From: a virus
Taxonomy: Duplodnaviria; Caudoviricetes
Virus record (IMG/VR): IMGVR_UViG_3300044266_000147
Location: 1 to 35,333 of that record
Length of the DNA stretch: 35,333 nucleotides
Strand: one strand, 5' to 3'
Both the position numbers and the translations under genes were made by a program. Below, one piece after another: positions 27,855-34,417 of the stretch. Below the pieces are notes generated by a model, which had not been told where the DNA came from, did no database searches, and was given only the letters and a program-made list of their open reading frames with translations. Position 1 is the first letter of the stretch, and each line of letters opens with the position of its first letter.

Positions 27855-28018
27855 ACCATAATACATTAGAGAATTATTACTCGACCATATTTTCTTTGGT
27901 TCAACATCATAAATATTCTATTACTGAAATTGACAATCTTATTCCATTTGAAAGAGATTTATATGTAGAGATGTTATCAAATTATCTAAGAGAATTAGAA
28001 GAAAAATCTGGAAACTAA
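27851..28018 (+). CDS. gp51: Baseplate hub assembly catalyst gp51-like (not in ORF track; TTG start or -1 frameshift extension of gp26)
   Basis: Translates (L)NHNTLENYYSTIFSLVQHHKYSITEIDNLIPFERDLYVEMLSNYLRELEEKSGN, the gp51-type signature. It fills the gap exactly up to ATG 28019. Confidence 0.85.
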   Translation: MNHNTLENYYSTIFSLVQHHKYSITEIDNLIPFERDLYVEMLSNYLRELEEKSGN

Positions 28019-31000
28019 ATGGAAAACAAAGAATTAGAAGAAATAGTAAGTAAAATTACAAGTGATGTAAACGATTTAAATAATTTTCGTGTTGAAGCCA
28101 AAAAGAATGAAGAAGATCTTTTTGGTATTAGCAAAGATATCTATGCTGTACTAAAGAATAATAAAACCTCTATTTCTTCTTTGACTGATAATATTGGTGA
28201 TCTAAAAGACGCACAAAATTTATTACAAACACAATTTAAAGAATCTAAAATAAAGAATGAATTGTTTCAAGAAAGTCTAAATGACATTCGAAGCAAACAA
28301 CAATCTATTGAAAAAACAGTTACAAACTTAAACTTTTCTTTAGAAAGTTTTAGAAATAATATTAACTATAGACTTAATTCATTCTATACTTCTTTAGAAA
28401 ATAAAATAATATCTGAATCTAGAAGACAATCTCTTACTTCTCCACCAACAGAACAAAAATTTGCTCCACCACAACCAATGCAAGAAGGCCCAAGAGCTGG
28501 TACTAGCGGTGGAGGTAAAGGCGGTGGTGGTATTGGAAGTGCTGCTGCTAGTGCTGTATCTGGAGCAGCAAGTGCAATTGGTGGTACAGCAGCTGCAACA
28601 TTCGGAGTAGCAGCAGGTGCAGTAGGTCTTAAGAGTGCAGAATATTTATATAATCAAGCAGCAAATCCAAATCCAAATGCTGCACCACCAGGAACTCCAG
28701 CACCCGCAGGATCTGTTGCACAACCTCCTATATCTAAACCGGCTGCAACAAGTCAGCCACCATCTCCAGATGCAGCACCAAATAGTCCAGTTGGTGTAGC
28801 CGGAAGACCCATAGATCGTACACAGTTTATGGAACAATTAAAAGATCCAAAAACTATGGCTGCTTTTGCTGGAAGAATGCAAACAGAAGTAGGATCACAA
28901 GGTCGTGCTGCACAAATAGCTTGGGCCGAAACTACATTCAACAGAGCAGCAGCAAGAGGACAAACTCTTTTACAAGCAGTAACTGGAAGTTATTTTCCAA
29001 CACCAAATCCTGGTTCTTCAAACAATTCTACATTTCATCAAATAATTAGAGAAGTTGCAGAAAAAGGAACAAACACAACTAATGGTGCAACAGGAAATGC
29101 ATCTGGTATGGTTGGATTTGGACAAGGAAGAGCACAAAAACAAGCAGACGGCACTATCTTTGCTCCTGGTCAAACAGCATCTTTTGGTGGTGAAAGATAT
29201 GGTGTAGAAGCTGCTGATAAAAAATGGACTCCCAAATATTTAGAAATACCTGCTGCATCACAAGAAAAGAATGTAAAACCTTCTACTTTAACACCAGAAC
29301 AATCTACTACTCCACCTAATATACCTTCTATTGGTCCACAAGAACAAAAAGAAAGACCATATAGAATACAAGGTCAAGCAATTCTACCTGCAACAACCAA
29401 TTTTCAGGAAACAAGTTATTCTGCTGTGACAGGCGGACGTGGTAGAGGATCTATGGCATATGGTAGCCATCAATTGTACGAACAACAAGGTGGTGCTGGA
29501 TCTGTTATAAGAAATTATTTGAGTGGCATTAATGATCCTACCGGATCTAAAAATGTTGTTTTTAATGTTGGTTCTCCTGGTGGTGTTATGGCCGATCCAA
29601 AAGTTGGAACTAGAACTGAAATACAAATACATATGGGAAGCACTAACGATATTAATAAACTTGTAAGTTCTGGTTGTTTGGCAATTCCACCAAACGAATA
29701 TCCAAAATTTGTTGCACATTTAAAAGAAATGATTAAAGAAAAGGGGTCTGCATCTTTAGCAATTTCTCCATCTGCTCCTGGTGAACCACATAAATTTAGA
29801 TTTCTAAGTCCAGAAGATATTAATAAATCTAAAATGCAAAAATTATCTGCTGAAGAAGCTGTATCTAATTTTAAAACAACTGGTGATATTGATAGAAAAC
29901 CTCAAGATACAAGATTAGTCGCATCAAACGATCAAGCATATAAAATGGTAAGAGATGCTGCTGTTAAAGCGGGATCTCCAAATCCAGATCTTACAGCGTC
30001 TATTGCCATGATGGAATCTGGTTGGCTTAAAAAAGGAATTTATGCTAGAGGAACAAATAATCCATTTGGACAAACAGGTGTAGGTTCTGCCGGATTTGTT
30101 GTTGGTGCTGATGGTCAAAAACATAAAGCATATGGCACACTAGATGAAGCGGTACAAGACCATTTAAAAAGATGGGGGAAATATTATCAAGGAGATGCAC
30201 AACAAACTCTTGGTAACCTTGTAAAGGGTGGTTATAATACAGTTAATGGTAATTGGGCTCCTAGTATATTAAGCACATACAATAAACAAGCAGGACAACC
30301 ACAATTACCGCAAACACAAACTCCATACCCAATACAAAATTTGGGTCAATCTGACTCAACTTCAGAAAAAAAATTAATGTTTTCTGAACCTAGAATAGAA
30401 AAACAAGCACAAAATTTATCTCCAGAAACAACACAAGCTGCTAATAGATTAAGACAATTACAAGAATATACTATTACTTCTACAACTGGTGGACAACATG
30501 CTGCTGGTTCTCAACATTATGCCCACAACAATCCTGAAGGAACAGGTGGGAGAGCTATTGATATAAGAATACGTGATATGAACACACAACAAAGACAACA
30601 ACTATTAGAAAATGCAAGAAGAGCTGGATTTAATAGAATTGGTATATCTGGTGATCATTTACATGCAGACTTAGGTCCAGGACCATTTAAAGTTTTCGAT
30701 GAAGGTGGTGGAGCTAGAGCATTTGGCATTAGTGCAGGAGAAGCACAAAAAAGATTAAGTGGTATAGAAGTTGGTGTTCCCTCACAACAACAAGCAGGAC
30801 CACCAGGAGCACAAAAACAAGATAATAGAATGGCTTTCTCGTTCTCAACAGAGAAACCATTAGATGTTGCTGAAACAATCAAAAAGTCTGGATTAAAACC
30901 AGGACAAAATATTATTGGGGTGGATGTACAACAAGATGAAAGAGGACAATATAAATCACCAGAACATCTAAAGACAATGCAAGAAGCAGAAAAAGCTGGT

Positions 31001-31738
31001 GCCAAAGTTCATCTTTATCATCAAGGCCCTGGCATGAAAGAATTTGGTGAAAGTTCTAAAGGTTGGGAAGAAAACTTAAAGCAAATGTTATCAAAGAACA
31101 GAAATGCTTATAGTTATGAAGTTGATAACTTAGATCAATTTGGCACACCAGATAAACAATTACAATTTATTCGATCATTACATGAATGGCAAAAACAAAA
31201 CAATCTATCACAAAAGATTACTCTCAAGAATGCTAATGTAGATTTGATGAAAAAGATTGGTGAAACTAAAGATCTTGACAGAAACTTATTTTCACAATTT
31301 CAAATTCAAGAACAAAATACTGGACGTGGAACTGGCGGAGAATCAGCACAAGAAGTTGCTAAAAGAAATGAAGCTGGCAAACAATTAAATCTAACGCCTG
31401 TTGTTACAGGAAATACTAATCAATATGAACAAAGAAATCCTGTAATTGCAGAAGGTGGTGGACAGCAACCAAGCGGTGAAGTTAGACAACCTCCAGTGCC
31501 AAATACTGCACAAGGACTAACGCCACCAGCACCACAAAATCAAAAAGCACCAGAAGAACAAAAGTCAGAACCTCCTCCAACACATGAACACGGTTCTTCT
31601 TCTAATGATTATGAACGTGCATCAAGACAATCATCTGCTCCACAAAACAGTATGGGGGCTGCGGGAGCGAGTATTAACCCGCTCGCACAAACCCCCGGTT
31701 CACATTTTGCATTATATGGTGGTGGTATTATGGTTTAA
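28019..31738 (+). CDS. Tape-measure-position virion protein with multiple cell-wall hydrolase domains
   Basis: N-terminal coiled coil and a G/A-rich hydrophobic stretch, then P/Q-rich linkers separating SleB-like, L,D-transpeptidase-like (IQIH...SSGC), GH73-like (MESGW..NNPFG), M15-like (SQHY..GRAID..HLHAD) and GH114-like (EVDNLD..LKN) modules. Follows gp26/gp51. Confidence 0.75.
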   Translation: MENKELEEIVSKITSDVNDLNNFRVEAKKNEEDLFGISKDIYAVLKNNKTSISSLTDNIGDLKDAQNLLQTQFKESKIKNELFQESLNDIRSKQQSIEKTVTNLNFSLESFRNNINYRLNSFYTSLENKIISESRRQSLTSPPTEQKFAPPQPMQEGPRAGTSGGGKGGGGIGSAAASAVSGAASAIGGTAAATFGVAAGAVGLKSAEYLYNQAANPNPNAAPPGTPAPAGSVAQPPISKPAATSQPPSPDAAPNSPVGVAGRPIDRTQFMEQLKDPKTMAAFAGRMQTEVGSQGRAAQIAWAETTFNRAAARGQTLLQAVTGSYFPTPNPGSSNNSTFHQIIREVAEKGTNTTNGATGNASGMVGFGQGRAQKQADGTIFAPGQTASFGGERYGVEAADKKWTPKYLEIPAASQEKNVKPSTLTPEQSTTPPNIPSIGPQEQKERPYRIQGQAILPATTNFQETSYSAVTGGRGRGSMAYGSHQLYEQQGGAGSVIRNYLSGINDPTGSKNVVFNVGSPGGVMADPKVGTRTEIQIHMGSTNDINKLVSSGCLAIPPNEYPKFVAHLKEMIKEKGSASLAISPSAPGEPHKFRFLSPEDINKSKMQKLSAEEAVSNFKTTGDIDRKPQDTRLVASNDQAYKMVRDAAVKAGSPNPDLTASIAMMESGWLKKGIYARGTNNPFGQTGVGSAGFVVGADGQKHKAYGTLDEAVQDHLKRWGKYYQGDAQQTLGNLVKGGYNTVNGNWAPSILSTYNKQAGQPQLPQTQTPYPIQNLGQSDSTSEKKLMFSEPRIEKQAQNLSPETTQAANRLRQLQEYTITSTTGGQHAAGSQHYAHNNPEGTGGRAIDIRIRDMNTQQRQQLLENARRAGFNRIGISGDHLHADLGPGPFKVFDEGGGARAFGISAGEAQKRLSGIEVGVPSQQQAGPPGAQKQDNRMAFSFSTEKPLDVAETIKKSGLKPGQNIIGVDVQQDERGQYKSPEHLKTMQEAEKAGAKVHLYHQGPGMKEFGESSKGWEENLKQMLSKNRNAYSYEVDNLDQFGTPDKQLQFIRSLHEWQKQNNLSQKITLKNANVDLMKKIGETKDLDRNLFSQFQIQEQNTGRGTGGESAQEVAKRNEAGKQLNLTPVVTGNTNQYEQRNPVIAEGGGQQPSGEVRQPPVPNTAQGLTPPAPQNQKAPEEQKSEPPPTHEHGSSSNDYERASRQSSAPQNSMGAAGASINPLAQTPGSHFALYGGGIMV
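31654..31696 (-). terminator. GC-rich long hairpin downstream of gp32, embedded in the opposite-strand CDS
   Basis: Minus strand reads GGGGG-TT-TGTG-C-GAGCGGGT-TAAT-ACTCGCTC-C-CGCA-G-CCCCC. Two positions that mismatch on the plus strand are G-U pairs on the minus strand. No immediate U-tract. Confidence 0.55.
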
Positions 31739-32628
31739 CCAGCCATCTGTTTGAAGAACTCGATTGTTTCATCGTCATGTTCATCATCAAGATTACTAGT
31801 TGCAGCAGTCTTATACTTAGATTCCTTAAATGAAGGTGCTGCTACTTCATCAATTTTACGTGAAGAAGTATTTTCAGGAACAATATTCAAAACTTTAGAC
31901 AAACGTTCTTTTAATTGATCATAAGGTTTAAAGTTTGATTCTTTGATAAACTCTTCAAGAGAATATTGCTTCTTCCATACTACTTCAATCTCATCATCAT
32001 CTTCAAACAAAGGTTTAATCTTATCAAATTCTGATTTATCATAATTACGATAACCATCGACATTACGAATCTTTAGTTTGAAGTTAGCACCTTCCCATAG
32101 ATCAAATGGGTTGATTGGTTGTTCATCTTCAAATTGTGGATTCATAGCTTCGTTTAGTTTATCGAAAATTTTCTTACCATATTTGAATAAGAATACTTTA
32201 CCTTCGTTTTGAGGATTTGCTTGATCTTGAATAACATAGATATTAGAAATGAAATGTAAACGACGTTTTTGTTTACGAACAATTTCTTTGTCTGCTTCAA
32301 CTCCAGTAGACCAAAGCTTAGAGTTATATTCAGATACAGGATCTGGTTTGCCAATTGTTGTTAGAGAGTTTTCGATGTACCATAGACCTGTTGGACCTTG
32401 GAATCCATGATCATAAAGTCTGATGAAAGGAACATCTTCACCTTCTGTTGGAGGAAGAAAACGAATGATGGCCATACCGTTTCCAGCTTTATCGACAGTT
32501 GGAGCCCAGAAACGATTATCTGCTCCTTTTTTACCACTGTCTTGATTGGCAAGTTTGTTTAGGTGGGAATTTATTTGATCTAGTGATTTTTTACCAGACA
32601 TAGATTTTAGTTTAGCGAAATCTACCAT
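31735..32628 (-). CDS. gp32: Single-stranded DNA-binding protein gp32
   Basis: D.RFW.PTVDKAGNG.AIIRFLP, WYIENSLTTIGKPDPVSE, RKQKR.L..ISNIYV..D..NPQNEGKVFLFKYGKKIFDK, NPFDLWEGANFKLKIR.VDGY.NYDKSEF; acidic C-terminal tail. Confidence 0.97.
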   Translation of the reverse strand: MVDFAKLKSMSGKKSLDQINSHLNKLANQDSGKKGADNRFWAPTVDKAGNGMAIIRFLPPTEGEDVPFIRLYDHGFQGPTGLWYIENSLTTIGKPDPVSEYNSKLWSTGVEADKEIVRKQKRRLHFISNIYVIQDQANPQNEGKVFLFKYGKKIFDKLNEAMNPQFEDEQPINPFDLWEGANFKLKIRNVDGYRNYDKSEFDKIKPLFEDDDEIEVVWKKQYSLEEFIKESNFKPYDQLKERLSKVLNIVPENTSSRKIDEVAAPSFKESKYKTAATSNLDDEHDDETIEFFKQMAG

Positions 32629-32708
32629 ATTATTTCCTTTTTTATGAGTGTTTGATTGTTTTTATATTGAGTGTTTGTATATGTGCATTACACACACATA
32701 CTATTTAG
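32629..32708 (-). promoter_or_regulatory. gp32 leader: CTAAATA promoter-like motif, hairpin and A/C-rich unstructured repeats (putative autoregulatory operator)
   Basis: Minus strand: CTAAATA, then the hairpin GTATGTGTGT...GCACATATAC, two copies of CAAACACTCA, SD AAGGA and ATG. Confidence 0.55.
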
Positions 32709-32715
32709 TCATATA

Positions 32716-33297
32716 TCATACGTCATTAAAATAGTCAAGTACTATCTTTGTATATTTTTCTTTATCATACTTTATAAATGGTATGTACTTTTTTATGGTC
32801 ATACCAATTTCTTCCCAAACTATATCCGTAGATAGATGTTTATCCAAATAACGAATAGAGCCTGTAATATCAATTAAAATACAAATAGTTTCTAGTTTAA
32901 TTTCTTTTTGTAGATATAATTTTAAAATAGTAGGGTGGCTATTATCATGTACCAAAAAAATATCTTGGAATGGAGGATTTATCTTTTTTATATCTTGTTT
33001 GAAAGAATATTCTAAGGATTGTTTTGTTTTCATCCATTGTTTATATATTTTTTCGGATTCTTCATTATAACATAACTCTTTGCTAAATGATTTCTTGTTG
33101 GCCAAAAAATTAGCAACAAGAAATCCCTGTATATCATTATGCTTTGCCAATTTAAGAAAAAAAACTTTGTCAGGTCTTTTTTCAAAAGAATTATAACTGG
33201 CAGTAGATTTTCCATGATATTTGAAGAAATCAAATTTTATTTTGGAAAAATGATTTTTCATAACAACATAGAGTTTATAAGCTTCAAAGTCTGTCAT
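32716..33297 (-). CDS. gp59: Helicase loader gp59
   Basis: FEAYKLY..MKNHF....FDFFKY.GK..AS..SFEKR.DK.FF.KLA, HP.IL..YL...I.LET; canonical order 33-59-32. Confidence 0.9.
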   Translation of the reverse strand: MTDFEAYKLYVVMKNHFSKIKFDFFKYHGKSTASYNSFEKRPDKVFFLKLAKHNDIQGFLVANFLANKKSFSKELCYNEESEKIYKQWMKTKQSLEYSFKQDIKKINPPFQDIFLVHDNSHPTILKLYLQKEIKLETICILIDITGSIRYLDKHLSTDIVWEEIGMTIKKYIPFIKYDKEKYTKIVLDYFNDV

Positions 33298-33536
33298 ATT
33301 GGCAGTCTTTTAGGTCTTTTTAAGTAATGTAATTCTTCGGCTTCAAATTGTACTTTTGATTTGAATATCGGATCTCTTTTAATAAGATCAGACATCTGAT
33401 CAATATCTATATTATATTTTTCACAAAAGAATAATATACCGTCTATATAATCTATATTTTGTATAGAACAAAACTTTTCTATTTCATGTAAAAAGTTTTG
33501 ATGTGTAAAATTCAATGATAAATTTATTTTTTTCAT
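33294..33536 (-). CDS. gp33: Late transcription coactivator gp33
   Basis: F..EIE......YIDGI..FCE...ID.......I....K.KV..EAEELHYL.....LPI. Confidence 0.88.
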   Translation of the reverse strand: MKKINLSLNFTHQNFLHEIEKFCSIQNIDYIDGILFFCEKYNIDIDQMSDLIKRDPIFKSKVQFEAEELHYLKRPKRLPI

Positions 33537-33540
33537 TCAT

Positions 33541-33930
33541 TTATAGAGAAAACTTTTTCTGTTCAAGAATACGTAGTTCTCCATCCCTATCAATAAAAGT
33601 ATAATCTATTTTTACTGGATCAAATACTTTTAATTTATCTATAACAACTGATACATCAAGATTTGAACAAGTATATACGTCTAACTGAATCACTGCTGGA
33701 GATTCTTCATCCCATGTGTGTAGAGCAATATGACTTGTTTCGATTACACATACTCCAGTATAACCTCTATTACCAACCATCTTACAATAAACTGTATGTG
33801 GCCCTGATAAAATCTTCATACCAATTGATTGGATTAAATCTTTGAACCAAAGATTCATTTTATCTAAATCAAATTCTGTTGGGGGAGTCTTAATTTCTGA
33901 TCTGACTATAAGATGTTGGTGTTTGAGCAT
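33541..33930 (-). CDS. speD: S-adenosylmethionine decarboxylase proenzyme (auxiliary metabolic gene)
   Basis: H.HLIV, G.TG..VIETSHIALHTW (pyruvoyl self-cleavage Ser) and DVYTCS. Confidence 0.88.
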   Translation of the reverse strand: MLKHQHLIVRSEIKTPPTEFDLDKMNLWFKDLIQSIGMKILSGPHTVYCKMVGNRGYTGVCVIETSHIALHTWDEESPAVIQLDVYTCSNLDVSVVIDKLKVFDPVKIDYTFIDRDGELRILEQKKFSL

Positions 33931-33934
33931 TTCT

Positions 33935-33953
33935 CTAATACATTTAACCTCTC
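33935..33953 (-). promoter_or_regulatory. SD plus ATG-TAT-TAG mini-ORF (Met-Tyr-stop) directly upstream of speD
   Basis: Minus strand AGAGAGGTTAA ATG TAT TAG AGAA ATG(speD). speD is in the +1 frame and has no comparable SD of its own. Confidence 0.5.
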
Positions 33954-33972
33954 TGGTTATGTTGTTAAAATG

Positions 33973-34007
33973 AAAAAGGTGGTTTTTCTGTTACGAGGAA
34001 AACCACC
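33973..34007 (-). terminator. 3'-terminal hairpin with U-tract of the tmRNA coding piece
   Basis: 9-bp stem (33978-33986 / 33999-34007) followed by TTTTT on the minus strand. Confidence 0.7.
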
Positions 34008-34152
34008 AAACCCTATGAAACTTAAGCCGCTAGGCGAGTTTCAAATGGAGCATTATCGTTAACTGCCTTTACGTTTTTGGACTGATTGTCAGCCGTTCCT
34101 TGCTGGTATCTCCATCTATCTCCCATATGCCTGTCGATCCTATTTCGCCCCC
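33973..34152 (-). ncRNA. ssrA: tmRNA coding piece (two-piece, circularly permuted)
   Basis: Starts GGGGGCGAAATAGGATCGAC at 34152. Tag frame 34066-34022 reads AVNDNAPFETRLAA-stop, preceded by the UA-nnn resume context. The 3' hairpin GGTGGTTTT-CCTCGTAACAGA-AAAACCACC is followed by a T-tract. Confidence 0.92.
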
Positions 34153-34161
34153 ATCAAAAGA

Positions 34162-34329
34162 TTACTTTTTTCTTTTTCTTTTCATTTTTTTAAAATTTGA
34201 AAAGCTCATTGTAAATTGATACTGGCTATTTTTATATTCTTCATATAATCCTTTATTGTTTCTCAGATGATAATTTAATGAAGAAGTTTTAGCTTTTGTT
34301 AAATTTTTACCAGTTCTATTTGATGACAT
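34162..34329 (-). CDS. 55-aa basic protein encoded inside the tmRNA intervening segment (not in ORF track)
   Basis: SD-like AAGG right after the CCA, then ATG 34329 to TAA 34162: MSSNRTGKNLTKAKTSSLNYHLRNNKGLYEEYKNSQYQFTMSFSNFKKMKRKRKK. Occupies 168 of the 190 nt. Confidence 0.7.
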   Translation of the reverse strand: MSSNRTGKNLTKAKTSSLNYHLRNNKGLYEEYKNSQYQFTMSFSNFKKMKRKRKK

Positions 34330-34342
34330 TTTAATAACCTTT

Positions 34343-34404
34343 TGGTGGAGGCGTCGGGTACTGCCCCCGAGTCCAGTTCATTGTTTGACGACTTCAACGA
34401 TACA
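34343..34404 (-). ncRNA. ssrA: tmRNA acceptor piece (two-piece, circularly permuted)
   Basis: GGAC-TCGGG-GGCAGTA-CCCGA-CGCCTCC-A-CCA. T-arm with the alphaproteobacterial GGCRGUA loop; CGCCTCC pairs with GGGGGCG including the G3-U70 alanine determinant; encoded CCA ends at 34343. The 5' end is approximate. Confidence 0.92.
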
Positions 34405-34409
34405 ATTCG

Positions 34410-34417
34410 TATTTATG
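34410..34417 (-). promoter_or_regulatory. Late-promoter-like CATAAATA upstream of the tmRNA
   Basis: About 6 nt upstream of the inferred 5' end of the acceptor piece, the spacing expected for a T4 late promoter. Confidence 0.6.

Noticed and set aside
591-33845. Many short ORFs in the track that lie antisense to or out of frame within long genes (e.g. 591..797, 4195..4485, 9813..10181, 21743..22081, 27119..27403, 30655..31005)
   Set aside because: These are shadow ORFs largely or wholly overlapping well-supported genes, with no recognisable motifs.
34162-34329. Small ORF as SmpB or ArfA
   Set aside because: Too short for SmpB, and it lacks the ArfA KKGKGS motif. Only the basic composition is shared.
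34153-34342. Group I intron or homing endonuclease inside the tmRNA
   Set aside because: Too short, with no recognisable intron core and no HNH, GIY-YIG or LAGLIDADG motif. It lies outside the mature RNA pieces.
34343-34375. tRNA gene or tRNA-derived att site
   Set aside because: There is no anticodon arm, and its acceptor strand pairs with the downstream GGGGGCG, so it is the acceptor piece of a permuted tmRNA. No integrase or duplicated att core is visible in the window.
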